Of a stretch of DNA of 37,665 bases, positions 17,021 to 26,241 are shown piece after piece; position 1 is the first letter of the stretch; each line of letters opens with the position of its first letter. The stretch lies in the IMG/VR virus record IMGVR_UViG_3300037743_000469, positions 1-37,665 of that record; one strand, written 5' to 3'. The translations under genes were made by a program, and so were the position numbers. This stretch comes from a virus (Duplodnaviria > Caudoviricetes). The notes beneath the pieces were generated by a model that saw only the letters and a list, made by a program, of their open reading frames with translations, was not told the DNA's origin and ran no database searches.

Positions 17021-17087
17021 GGCACCACCATCCCTAGCTGTCCTACCTGTCCCATAGGATTATAGGGAATTACGGTATGCTCTGGTC
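17021..17087. promoter_or_regulatory. Divergent promoters for terminase (left) and head/tail operon (right)
   Basis: AT-rich; TATAAT on minus strand (17059-17064); TATGCT at 17076-17081, 6 nt before GTG 17088. Confidence 0.65.
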
Positions 17088-20000
17088 GTGGCCGGTTTTT
17101 GGCGTGGAATCTTCGGCGCTCCCAGGGAGCCGCTGACGATGGAAGCAGCCCGCCCGAAGGCTCAGTTCTCGCTGGAAGTCCCTCAGGAGATGTTGGAGGC
17201 GATGACTGGCGACGGGGCGGTCGCACCGCGGATGCGTCGGCGCGACGCGCTGCAGGTGCCGGCGGTGCTCCGGTCGCGGAACCTGATTGCCGGCACGCTC
17301 GGGTCGCTGCCGCACACGGTCATCGGCCCGGACAAGCTGGAAGTGGACCGCGGGACCTACCTGCTCGGCGGGAACATCGACCCGGACATTGCCAACTCGG
17401 TGGTGCTGGCGCAGACGTACGAGGACCTGCTGTTCGAGGGGATCTCGTGGTGGCGGGTAACCCGGGTGGGTTGGCACGGGTTCCCGATGGAGGCCCAGCA
17501 TGTGCCGGTCGAGTCGGTGCATGTCGCCCCGGTCGGATCGTCGATGCCTTCACAGCAGCAGATATCGCCGGACCAGCCGTTCCCGGTCGACGGGCAGGTG
17601 TTCATCGACGGAATTCCGGTCGGCGACCGGGATGTGATCCGGTTCGACTCTCCGAACCCGCCGCTGCTGGTACACGCCGCCCGGGCCATCCGCACCTGTC
17701 TGAAGCTGGACCGGGCGGCCGCCCTGTACTCGGATGACCCGGTCCCGCTGGGCTACTTCGAACCGCAGGAGGGCACCGACGGCCTGTCCAGCGCGGCCGG
17801 GTCGGCCAACGACGGCACCGACCGGTCCGAGGTCGATGCGCTGCTCGACGAGTGGCAGCTGTCCCGCAACCGACGCGCCTGGGGCTACGTGCAAGGGGTG
17901 ACCGCCAAGTCCTTGCAGTGGAACCCGGAGCAGCTGCAGCTGGCCGCCCAGCGGCAGCATGCGGTGCTGGAGATCGCCAGGGCTGCGGGGGTGGACCCGG
18001 AAGACCTTGGGGTGAGCACCACCTCCCGGACGTATCAGAACGGGGAGCAGCGCCGGCAGGACCTGCTTGACTTCAACCTGGGCGCGTACGTGTCGGCGGT
18101 GCAGGACCGGCTGTCGATGCGGGATGTGCTGCCCCGCGGCTACATCGCACGGGTGCGGCTGGCCGGGTTCCTGCGTTCGGACACGAAGACCCGGATGGAG
18201 ACGTACAAGATCGGTCTTGAGGTCGGGGCGTACACGCAGGATGAGGTCCGCGAGTTGGAGGATCGGCCGGCGCTGACCCCGGCGCAGCGTGCCGCCGCGC
18301 AGCAGCGGGCCGCGCCCGCCACCCCGCCGGCGAGCCCGGCCAACGGCCAGAACGGGAGAACCCCGGCCATGAATCTTCAGCCTGTCAAGTTCAGCCGCAC
18401 CACCGGCGATGAGGTGGTGCGGGTCCAGTTCGACGACGATGAGGTCGCGGAGACGTTCCAGGTGGACGCCGAGCGGCGAACGATCACCGGGATGGTCGTG
18501 CCCTGGAACAAGGTCGCACGGTCCGGGTTCAGCAAGTGGCGGTTCGCACCCGACAGCCTGCGCTGGTCGGATGTCAGCCGCGTGAAGCTCAACCTGCACC
18601 ACGACTTCTCCCAGCTGGTTGGCCGAGCAACCCGACTTCAGTCTGGTAACCGGGGGCTGGTAGCCACCTTCAAGGTGGGTCGCGGCCCGGAGGGTGACCG
18701 GGCATTGTCTGGCGCCGAGGACAGGATCCTCGACGGGTTTTCGATCGAGGTCGACTTCAACGACGACCTCGGTGACCAGTGGCAGCCGGACCCGTCCGAC
18801 GAGAGTGTTCGCCTGGTTCGCCAGGCCAGCCTGCGCGGAACGGCTCTGACAGGCATGCCCGCATTCGACGACGCCCGGGTGACCCGGGTGGCCGCAACCA
18901 GAGAAGGGAAGGGCGTCATGCCCGAGAAGAAGGAGCCTGCGCCCGCCGCACAGTTCGACCTGGACAACTATGTGACCAAGGTCGGCGAGTCGATGGCCGC
19001 CTCACACAAGCAGCTGGTGGAAGGGTTGACCGAGAGCATCGGCGAGTCGGTGTCCACCGGTATCAAGGCTGCCCTGGAGAACATCTACGACCCGCAGCGT
19101 GACGGCCCGCAGCCGGTGCGCGCGGCCCGGTACACCGTTGGCCGTGAGGCACCGGTGTACACCCTCAACGGTGCAGGCCCGTGTCTGGTGCGCGATGCGT
19201 GGAACTCCCGGTTCCACGGCGACTCCGACGCCTACGAGCGGCTGAAGAAGTTCCACTTCCAGACCGAGGAGATGGCGAAGGTTGCGACGTCGCGGCTTCA
19301 GTTCGCGACCAGCCATGCGCTGCAGTTCACCCCGTCGGACACCTCAACCGCGTCGGAGGTCATCCCGCCGGGATACCGCCCGGACCTGTTCGTGCCGCAG
19401 ATGGTGCAGCAGCGTCCGTTCGTCAACGCCCTGTCGCGGGGAACGATTTCCAACGCAACCCCGTTCGTGGTCCCGGTCTTCGGTAGCGCCACCGGCGCCA
19501 CTGCCAACCACGTGGAAGGCACCGGCCCCTCAGATGGCACGCTCGCCTTCGACACGACCACGGTCACCCCGGGTGCCGTGTCCGGCCTGCTGAAGCTGAC
19601 CCGCGAGATCGTCGACTCGTCGAACCCGGCGATCGACCAGATCGCGTTGGCTGCGATGCGCGAGTCGTACGCGCAGCAGACCGAATCCAAGGTGTACACG
19701 ATGCTGAACACCGCCCAGTCGGGGACGATCACAAGCGGGTTCGCCACCTCGGGTGCGCAGGTGTCGGACACGACCACCGCGGACGGCGCCGCACTGCTGG
19801 CCGCGGTCCGCACACAGCTGGCGCTGTACCCATTCCGCCGGTTCGCCGCGCCGAACCAGGCGCTGATGTCACAGCGGGCAACCACGTTCTTCGCCACCGC
19901 GGTAGACACCACCGAGCGGCCGCTGCTGCCTTCGGTGGGTGCGCAGAACACGTCCGGGCTGGGCAACGCGGTCACCCAGGGCTGGTTCGTCGACGGGCTG

Positions 20001-20225
20001 GCGCACGTCCCCGCATGGGCGATCACCGAGGTCGGCGCCGGCGAGGGTGACGTGTTCACCCTCAACAGCATGGACGCGTGGGCATGGGAGTCGCCGACCC
20101 TCACCTTCCGGTACGAGGAGCGGTCAGGTCCGACGTTCATCGACCTGGCGCTGTTCGGCTACTTCGCCACGCACCTGCTGCGCCCGGTGGGGCTCAGCGC
20201 GGTCCGTACCACCGCCGGGATCTGA
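17088..20225 (+). CDS. Portal - HK97-type prohead protease - major capsid fusion protein (1045 aa)
   Basis: Portal (ALQVPAVLRSRNLIAGTLGSLP...EIARAAGVDP...DEVRELEDRP), Pro/Ala linker, protease (ITGMVVPWN, HHD, GFSI, PAFDDARV), capsid (IPPGYRPD...LTREIVDSSNP...LALFGYFATHLLRPVG); no stop codon. Confidence 0.9.
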   Translation: MAGFWRGIFGAPREPLTMEAARPKAQFSLEVPQEMLEAMTGDGAVAPRMRRRDALQVPAVLRSRNLIAGTLGSLPHTVIGPDKLEVDRGTYLLGGNIDPDIANSVVLAQTYEDLLFEGISWWRVTRVGWHGFPMEAQHVPVESVHVAPVGSSMPSQQQISPDQPFPVDGQVFIDGIPVGDRDVIRFDSPNPPLLVHAARAIRTCLKLDRAAALYSDDPVPLGYFEPQEGTDGLSSAAGSANDGTDRSEVDALLDEWQLSRNRRAWGYVQGVTAKSLQWNPEQLQLAAQRQHAVLEIARAAGVDPEDLGVSTTSRTYQNGEQRRQDLLDFNLGAYVSAVQDRLSMRDVLPRGYIARVRLAGFLRSDTKTRMETYKIGLEVGAYTQDEVRELEDRPALTPAQRAAAQQRAAPATPPASPANGQNGRTPAMNLQPVKFSRTTGDEVVRVQFDDDEVAETFQVDAERRTITGMVVPWNKVARSGFSKWRFAPDSLRWSDVSRVKLNLHHDFSQLVGRATRLQSGNRGLVATFKVGRGPEGDRALSGAEDRILDGFSIEVDFNDDLGDQWQPDPSDESVRLVRQASLRGTALTGMPAFDDARVTRVAATREGKGVMPEKKEPAPAAQFDLDNYVTKVGESMAASHKQLVEGLTESIGESVSTGIKAALENIYDPQRDGPQPVRAARYTVGREAPVYTLNGAGPCLVRDAWNSRFHGDSDAYERLKKFHFQTEEMAKVATSRLQFATSHALQFTPSDTSTASEVIPPGYRPDLFVPQMVQQRPFVNALSRGTISNATPFVVPVFGSATGATANHVEGTGPSDGTLAFDTTTVTPGAVSGLLKLTREIVDSSNPAIDQIALAAMRESYAQQTESKVYTMLNTAQSGTITSGFATSGAQVSDTTTADGAALLAAVRTQLALYPFRRFAAPNQALMSQRATTFFATAVDTTERPLLPSVGAQNTSGLGNAVTQGWFVDGLAHVPAWAITEVGAGEGDVFTLNSMDAWAWESPTLTFRYEERSGPTFIDLALFGYFATHLLRPVGLSAVRTTAGI

Positions 20226-20227
20226 TC

Positions 20228-20578
20228 ATGATCCGGTGTGGTGGTTGGGTTGACCATGGCGACGGGAAGGGCTGGGTGCTCTACGTGCCCGGCCTGGCCA
20301 CTGGTACCCGGCCCGCGCCGGCTGTGGTCACTGGCCAGTTGACAGAGACCGAGCGGGAAGCGGACCGGCAGGCCGCCGAATCCCGTGAGCAGGCGCAGCC
20401 GGAGTCGAACAGTGACATGCCGCCGGTCGGCTCGACCAACGACTGGCCTGACCGGGCCGCTTGCCCGGACTGTGGCAAGGAGGTGGCGGTCAACAAGAAC
20501 GGCACGTTGCGCAAGCACACCTGCTTGATTGACGCGCCAGCGCCGGAGGTCACCTTCGAGGACGAGGGCGGTGAGTGA
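20228..20578 (+). CDS. Hypothetical protein with C-terminal zinc finger
   Basis: CPDCGKEVAVNKNGTLRKHTC. Confidence 0.6.
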   Translation: MIRCGGWVDHGDGKGWVLYVPGLATGTRPAPAVVTGQLTETEREADRQAAESREQAQPESNSDMPPVGSTNDWPDRAACPDCGKEVAVNKNGTLRKHTCLIDAPAPEVTFEDEGGE

Positions 20579-20892
20579 TGGCCACTATCGCCCTGCAGCG
20601 AATCGGGGACGGGCTCGACGACGTGACGTTCACCGCGGCCAGCGGCGGCGGCGATGAGGTGCCCGGCGGTTCGGAGCTGGGTGGCTGGTCGCTGCCGGTG
20701 CTGCTGCTGGTGGCCAACGGCGACGCCGCATCGCACGATGTAACCGTGGGCAATCTGTCCGCGGTGACGGTGCCGGCTGGCGCCACCGCGGCGATCCAGG
20801 TCAACGCCGGCGTCAGCCACGGAACGCTGGTGTCGGTTACCTACTCCTCGGCCACGTCGGTGACCGTGGCCGCGCTGGACCTGGCGAGGTAA
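20578..20892 (+). CDS. Beta-rich structural protein (head decoration-like)
   Basis: LLVANGDAASHDVTV...VTYSSATSVTVAAL; position after capsid. Confidence 0.6.
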   Translation: MATIALQRIGDGLDDVTFTAASGGGDEVPGGSELGGWSLPVLLLVANGDAASHDVTVGNLSAVTVPAGATAAIQVNAGVSHGTLVSVTYSSATSVTVAALDLAR

Positions 20893-20894
20893 CC

Positions 20895-21257
20895 ATGGAC
20901 TGGCCGCCGGTGTTGGACGAGCTGAAGGAGGATCTGCGCTCTCGCGGCGAGGACCCGGTTGCGTTGGATGTTGACGACGACCGGCTGCAGACCGTGTTGG
21001 ACGCGTCGGTCAGCTTCGTGCAGCGGGTGCGACCCCGGTTCAACTACGACGGCGACCTGGGCAGCACGCTGCCGGAGCCGACCGCGGATCTGGTGCTGGG
21101 CACGGTGCGGCTGGCATCGCGGTGGCACACCCGCCGCCGCTCCCCGGACGCGCTGATCGAGATGGGGGAGTTGGGCGCATCCCGGGTGCCCAGCTTCGAC
21201 CCGGACATTGACCGGCTGCTGCGGGTCGGCCGTCATGCTCTGCCGGTGGTGGGCTGA
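20895..21257 (+). CDS. Head-to-tail adaptor (gp6-like)
   Basis: WPPVLDELKEDL...LVLGTVRLASRWHTRRRSP...DPDIDRLL. Confidence 0.8.
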   Translation: MDWPPVLDELKEDLRSRGEDPVALDVDDDRLQTVLDASVSFVQRVRPRFNYDGDLGSTLPEPTADLVLGTVRLASRWHTRRRSPDALIEMGELGASRVPSFDPDIDRLLRVGRHALPVVG

Positions 21258-21484
21258 TGGCCGACTACGGCGAGGTGGATGTCCGCCGTGAGGATGATGG
21301 CAGCCTCACAGTGGTGCGCGCCGATCAGCGGATCGGCATAGCAGCTGAGCTGCTCGTCGAGGCGGCTGGTGCAGGCCTGGCCACTGATGCTGCCGGCCGC
21401 CTGGTCATCGCTGGGCAGGTGCGATACACGCCCGTCGGGTTCGACCTGAACGGCCGTGTCGTTATCTGCGAGAAGGTGGGCTGA
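21257..21484 (+). CDS. Hypothetical protein
   Basis: TGATG overlaps on both sides. Confidence 0.55.
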   Translation: MADYGEVDVRREDDGSLTVVRADQRIGIAAELLVEAAGAGLATDAAGRLVIAGQVRYTPVGFDLNGRVVICEKVG

Positions 21485-21858
21485 TGGCCGGCGAGGTGAA
21501 GGCGGCAGCGGAGGCGCTGGAGACGGCGCTGCGCACGGTCGAGGGGCTGCGTGTGTTCCGGGACGCCGGGGCTGCCGTCGACCCGCCGGCGGCGATCCTG
21601 GGTGCCCCGGCGTTGGGCTGGCGCGCGTTCTGCCCCGCGCCGACCAGTGCACGGTTCACCGTGTTCGTGGTCGTCCGCGCTGACGAGCGGGCGATGGAGC
21701 AGCTGTGGGACCTGGTTCCGGTGGTCGCCGCGGCCGTGGAGGAGCAGGTGCAGGAGGCGTCGGTGCGCGACGGGGACGCGGCTGCCCTGCCGACGACGTT
21801 CCCCACCGGTGGCAGCAACCTGCCGGCGTACGCCATCGAGATTGATTACGAGCTTTAG
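21484..21858 (+). CDS. Tail terminator-like protein
   Basis: LRTVEGLRV...VDPPAAILGAP...LPAYAIEI; sits before major tail gene. Confidence 0.7.
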   Translation: MAGEVKAAAEALETALRTVEGLRVFRDAGAAVDPPAAILGAPALGWRAFCPAPTSARFTVFVVVRADERAMEQLWDLVPVVAAAVEEQVQEASVRDGDAAALPTTFPTGGSNLPAYAIEIDYEL

Positions 21859-21868
21859 GGAGGGTGCC

Positions 21869-22276
21869 ATGACCGTCCACAACCGGCGACACAAGCTGGT
21901 CCAGTTGTCCGTCGGCGGCAACCAGTTCGAATGCCAGGTCCGGTCGTGGACCTTGGAAAGCGGCGAGCAGGACGGGGAACGCCAGTTCACGTTCTGCCCG
22001 GACGGCGAGTTCGTCGAAGAGACCGACCCGGAGCCGTCGCTGGAGCTGGAGTTCTTCGGGGACTGGCGCTCCGGCGGCATCTCCGACTACCTGTGGGAGA
22101 ACCGGGGCCAGGAAGCGGCGTGCACGATCGTGCACCACCCGGGCACCGTCGGCGAGACGGTGCAGTTCTCCGGGACGGTGCGGCTGAAGGCCCCCGCGGT
22201 CGGTGGTGAGGCCCGAACCACCGAGATCCAGACGGTGACCCTGATGGTCACCAACCTTGAGTACGTGCGGATCTAG
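21869..22276 (+). CDS. Major tail (tube) protein
   Basis: GGGAGG RBS; LSVGGNQFECQV...TFCPDG...ISDYLWEN...FSGTV...PAVGG. Confidence 0.8.
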   Translation: MTVHNRRHKLVQLSVGGNQFECQVRSWTLESGEQDGERQFTFCPDGEFVEETDPEPSLELEFFGDWRSGGISDYLWENRGQEAACTIVHHPGTVGETVQFSGTVRLKAPAVGGEARTTEIQTVTLMVTNLEYVRI

Positions 22277-22285
22277 GAGGTCCTG

Positions 22286-22798
22286 ATGTCTATGGAGTCG
22301 AAGTTGCTGGTCTCGGCATCGGGGAAGCTCACCCAGAGCCAGGACCTGGGCAATGCGGTGGCCACCGCGCTGAAGTCGCTGAACGTCAGCCTGGTCGACG
22401 GGGTTGCCGCTGGGCAGGCCGACCTGCTGTTCGCTGACACCCGCACCCTGGGCGCCTCGGCGGACGAGGATCTCGACCTGGCCGGGACGATGCTGCAGGA
22501 TCCGCTGGGCGCCGACCTGAGCTTCCTGCGGGTGAAGGCGCTGCTGGTGGTTGCCGCCCCCGCGAACGTGAACAACGTGGTGGTCGGCAACTCGGCTACC
22601 GCCACGTGGATTCCGCTGCTCGGTGCCACCGGCACGGTCATCCTGCGGCCGGGGGCCGGCTTCGCCGCGTTCGCCGGGGCCGCCGACGCCACCGGGTACG
22701 CGGTGGTAGCGACCACCGGGGATCTGCTCCGGGTGACCAACAGCGGCGCCGGTTCCACGGTCAGCTACGACATCCTCGTAATCGGTGCATCGGCATGA
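22286..22798 (+). CDS. Beta-rich virion structural protein
   Basis: AGGAGG RBS; GQADLLFADTRTL...DLDLAG...RVKALLV...DLLRVTN...YDILVIG. Confidence 0.65.
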   Translation: MSMESKLLVSASGKLTQSQDLGNAVATALKSLNVSLVDGVAAGQADLLFADTRTLGASADEDLDLAGTMLQDPLGADLSFLRVKALLVVAAPANVNNVVVGNSATATWIPLLGATGTVILRPGAGFAAFAGAADATGYAVVATTGDLLRVTNSGAGSTVSYDILVIGASA

Positions 22799-23157
22799 TG
22801 ACGTTCCGGGTGAGTCCTGATGGTGGCGAGCCGTACGTCGTGACCGCCTACGCCCGGGACGTGCTCGTGTGGGAGAAGGCGGGCAAGGGCCGGGCGTTCG
22901 GTGACATGGCCGAGCACACGAAGATCGGCGACCTGTACGGGTTGGCGTACTTCGCGTCCCGCCGGCAGGGCATGTACACCGGCAGCCTGTCCGAGTTCGA
23001 ACAGGACGTGGATGTGAACCCGGTTGACCAGGACGAGGACGAGGCGGACCCGGACCCTACCCCCGCGGCTCCCTCAGCCGCATCCTCGTCGAGCTCGCAA
23101 TCGCCACCGGCATCCCCCCGGCGCTCTGGGCCGAAGAGGGATACCGGTCGGTCGTAA
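22795..23157 (+). CDS. Tail assembly chaperone (gpG-like)
   Basis: Between tail tube and tape measure; acidic stretch then DPT followed by low-complexity run-on. Confidence 0.75.
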   Translation: MMTFRVSPDGGEPYVVTAYARDVLVWEKAGKGRAFGDMAEHTKIGDLYGLAYFASRRQGMYTGSLSEFEQDVDVNPVDQDEDEADPDPTPAAPSAASSSSSQSPPASPRRSGPKRDTGRS

Positions 23158-23225
23158 CCGCGCTGGAGGTGTTGGAGAAGGCCGCTCACGAAGCGAAGGA
23201 CCCGCGGGGCCGGGTGTCTGGATAG
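22795..23225 (+). CDS. Tail assembly chaperone, -1 frameshift product (gpGT-like)
   Basis: -1 frame from 23055 reads PYPRGSLSRILVELAIATGIPPALWAEEGYRSVVTALEVLEKAAHEAKDPRGRVSG* with no start codon near its beginning. Confidence 0.7.
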
Positions 23226-23237
23226 GAGGTGCGCGCG

Positions 23238-23687
23238 GTGGCCAAGAAGACCCTGACCATGAACGTGCGCATCGAGGGCGTCGAGGCCGCCCTCAGGGCG
23301 TTCCGGAAGCTGCCGAAGGATGCCAACAACGAGCTGCGGGACCGGGCCAAAAGCCTGGCGCAGACACTGGCCGGCAAGGTGAAGGCCGCGGCCGCCTCGG
23401 ACCGGTCGCCGCAGGCCGCGCTGCTGGTGCCAACGGTCCGGGCCCGGCGGGACCGGGTTCCGGTGATCGCCGCCGGCGGGAGCAAGCGGGTCGGCCGCAA
23501 GAAGGTGCCGGCGTGGGCCGTGCTGTTCGGCGCAGAATTCGGCAGCAACAAGCACCAACAGTTTCAAAAGGGACATACCGGCCGGAAGGGTTCGTGGCTG
23601 TTCGGCGTGGCAGACCGGGAGCAGGCCACGATCGAGCGGGAGTGGAACGCCGCAGCTGATGAGATAGCGCGGCGGTGGTCTGAGTGA
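23238..23687 (+). CDS. HK97 gp10-like tail completion protein
   Basis: AGGAGG RBS; VRIEGVEAALRAFRKL...FGAEFGS...WLF. Confidence 0.7.
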   Translation: MAKKTLTMNVRIEGVEAALRAFRKLPKDANNELRDRAKSLAQTLAGKVKAAAASDRSPQAALLVPTVRARRDRVPVIAAGGSKRVGRKKVPAWAVLFGAEFGSNKHQQFQKGHTGRKGSWLFGVADREQATIEREWNAAADEIARRWSE

Positions 23688-23708
23688 CGGCCGCACTGGC
23701 ATGCGACA

Positions 23709-23806
23709 ATGGACTGAGCGAGACCGCCCGGGGCAGTAACCCCGAACGGCCTCTGACCCACCTATCCGACTACACCGGAAGGGGGCTAGCCGTGAAGGCT
23801 ACCCGA
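23709..23806 (+). repeat. 98-bp structured leader, copy 1 (precedes HNH-1)
   Basis: 95/98 identical to 27697-27794 by manual alignment. Confidence 0.95.
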
Positions 23807-24472
23807 ACCTGTACCCACCCCGACGGCTGCCTGCGGCCGGCCCGATCTGGTGGCTGGTGTCAAGGGCACTATGACCGGCGGCGGAGAAGTGGCGACCTCG
23901 GGCCTGTGGTGTTTGAACCACGCCGACCTCGCGGCCAACAGTGCAAGCATCCCGACGGTTGCCCTCGCCCGGCGCGCTGCCGCGGATTCTGCCCCGGCCA
24001 TTACCGCCGTTGGCGGAAGACTGGTGATGTCGGCCCGGCTGAGCTGGCCAGATGGTCGTGGGAGGGGCGTTCGTGTAAAGAGCTGGAGTGCTACAAGCTG
24101 GCCCGGTCCAGGGGTTGGTGCCCCGCGCATTACCAGCTGTGGCGGAAGCACGGCGACCCGACCGTCCGGCTTCCTTCTGGACCACGCCGGGGTTTGCGCG
24201 GTTCAGAGAATCCGAGGTACGTCGGCGACGCAGCCGGATACCACGGCGTTCACGATCGCCTGCGCGCTCAGCGTGGAGCGGCATCCGACCATTCGTGTGC
24301 GCACTGCGATAACCAGGCCGCTGAATGGGCCTACAGCCACTCCGACCCCGATGAGCGGATCGACGCTCGCATCCGGCGCCCTTACAGTCTCGACCTGTCG
24401 CACTACATCCCGCTGTGCGTGCCGTGCCATAGGCGATTCGACCTTGCGCGCAGAACGACGGGCGGCCGCTGA
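23792..24472 (+). CDS. Free-standing HNH-type endonuclease with three Cx4C...Cx2HY zinc-finger repeats
   Basis: GTG 23792 after GGAAGGGGG; GYHGVHDRL...CAHC...EWAYSH...YIPLCVPCHRRFD. Confidence 0.75.
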   Translation: MKATRTCTHPDGCLRPARSGGWCQGHYDRRRRSGDLGPVVFEPRRPRGQQCKHPDGCPRPARCRGFCPGHYRRWRKTGDVGPAELARWSWEGRSCKELECYKLARSRGWCPAHYQLWRKHGDPTVRLPSGPRRGLRGSENPRYVGDAAGYHGVHDRLRAQRGAASDHSCAHCDNQAAEWAYSHSDPDERIDARIRRPYSLDLSHYIPLCVPCHRRFDLARRTTGGR

Positions 24473-26241
24473 TGGCCGCCGGGGTGCGCACTTTGATCGT
24501 CCGGTTCCGGTCCGATACACGGGGCCTGGATTCCGCCGGCAAGTCCGCCGGCAAGTTCGGCACCGTGGTGCGCAAGGCCACGCTGGCCGCCGGGGTTGGG
24601 CTGGTCGCGGTCGGCGCCGGCGTGCTCAAGATCAGCAAGGATGCGGTTGAAGGGTGGCGGGAGCACCAGAAGGTGGTCGCCCAGACCGGGGCGGTGATCA
24701 AAGCCACCGGCGGAGTCGCCAACGTCACCGCCGAAGAGGTCACCAAGCTGTCCGACTCGATTGAGCGGGCCACCGGCGTGGATGGGGACCTGATCCAGAC
24801 CGGTGCCAACCTGCTGCTCACGTTCAAAAACATCCACAACGAGGCCGGCAAGGGCAACGCGATCTTCGACCGGTCCACTCAGGCCGCGGTCGACCTGTCC
24901 GCGGCCGGGTTCGGGTCGGTCGACTCCGCGGCCAAGCAGCTGGGCAAGGCACTCAACGACCCGCTGGCGGGCATCACCGCGCTGACCCGATCCGGGATCA
25001 CGTTCACCGAATCCCAGAAGGAGCAGATCAAGACACTGGTTGAATCCGGTGACATCCTGTCAGCGCAAAAGATCATTTTGGGCGAGGTTGAGTCACAGGT
25101 TGGTGGCTCCGCCAAGGCGCAGATGACCGCCACCGACCGGATGATGGTCGCCTGGCGGTCCTTCCAGGACACCTTGGGCAAGTTCCTGATCCCGGTGATC
25201 GACAAGGTTGCCGTCAAGCTGGGCACCTTCGCGGCGTGGATGGAAGACAAGGGTGTCCCCGCGCTGAGGCGCATGGCCGGATGGATCCAGGAGCACATCG
25301 TCCCCGCGCTGCGGGACCTGGCGAGCTGGTTCGGCGAGCACATCGTCCCCGCGCTGCAGGCGGTGGCCAGGTTCATTGCCGACAAGGTGGTGCCGGCGAT
25401 CCAGGCGCTGGTCGAGTGGATCGGGAAGAACAAGGAGGTCATCCCCGCTGTGGGGATCGCTATCGCTGTGCTGCTGGTGCCGGCGTTCATCGCCTGGGCG
25501 ATCTCCGCGGGCGCTGCCGCGGTGGCCACCATCGCCGCCGCCGCCCCGGTGATCCTGATCGGCCTGCTGATCGCTGCGCTGGCGTTCCTGATTATCAAGA
25601 ACTGGGACACGATCAAGGACGTCACGCTGAAGGTTTTCGGGGCGGTGTGGTCGTTCCTGAAGGGCTTGTGGGAGAAGGTCACCGGGTTTATCGGCCGGGC
25701 CATCGAGACGGTCAAGACGATCTTCTTCAGGTTCAACCCGCTCGGGATCATCATCAAAAACTGGGGGAAGATCACCGGCTGGATCACCGACCAGTGGAGC
25801 AAGATCAAGGAACGTATCTCCAACGCCGTCGGCAAGATCAAGGGATTCTTCTCCGGCATGTGGGACGGCATCAAGAACGGGCTGAAATCCGCCCTGAACG
25901 GCGCAATCAGCCTGATCAACTCTGCGATCGGCGGAATCAACACGCTGATCGCGGGGGTCAACAAGGTGCCAGGGGTCAGCATCCCCAGCATCCCCACAAT
26001 CCCCCGCCTGCACTCCGGTGGGGTGGTGCCGGGTCCGCTGGGCAAAGAGGTGCCGATTCTCGCCCGGGCCGGGGAGCGGGTGTTGACCCGGGAGCAGGAC
26101 CTGGCCGGCGGCGGCGGCGACACAAACGTGACGGTGATCATCGATGGCCGGGCGATCGACGAGTCGCTGGTGCGGGTGGTGCGTAGCCGGGACCGTGGCC
26201 TGAAACGGCGTGTGCGTGCCGGATCGGGGGCGTTCGCATGA
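24472..26241 (+). CDS. Tape measure protein (589 aa)
   Basis: LLLTFKNI, AAKQLGKALNDP, hydrophobic core, W/F-periodic repeats, LHSGGVVPG...ARAGERVL. Confidence 0.92.
   Translation: MAAGVRTLIVRFRSDTRGLDSAGKSAGKFGTVVRKATLAAGVGLVAVGAGVLKISKDAVEGWREHQKVVAQTGAVIKATGGVANVTAEEVTKLSDSIERATGVDGDLIQTGANLLLTFKNIHNEAGKGNAIFDRSTQAAVDLSAAGFGSVDSAAKQLGKALNDPLAGITALTRSGITFTESQKEQIKTLVESGDILSAQKIILGEVESQVGGSAKAQMTATDRMMVAWRSFQDTLGKFLIPVIDKVAVKLGTFAAWMEDKGVPALRRMAGWIQEHIVPALRDLASWFGEHIVPALQAVARFIADKVVPAIQALVEWIGKNKEVIPAVGIAIAVLLVPAFIAWAISAGAAAVATIAAAAPVILIGLLIAALAFLIIKNWDTIKDVTLKVFGAVWSFLKGLWEKVTGFIGRAIETVKTIFFRFNPLGIIIKNWGKITGWITDQWSKIKERISNAVGKIKGFFSGMWDGIKNGLKSALNGAISLINSAIGGINTLIAGVNKVPGVSIPSIPTIPRLHSGGVVPGPLGKEVPILARAGERVLTREQDLAGGGGDTNVTVIIDGRAIDESLVRVVRSRDRGLKRRVRAGSGAFA

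Noticed and set aside
15064-17087. Invertase-driven flipping of the terminase block
   Set aside because: No matching inverted repeats seen at the two boundaries and no small invertase gene
23684-23791. Shared N-terminal peptide GLSETARGSNPERPLTHLSD in the two HNH ORFs (also 27684..27779)
   Set aside because: It is the translation of the repeated leader; SD and GTG at 23792 and 27780 are the better starts
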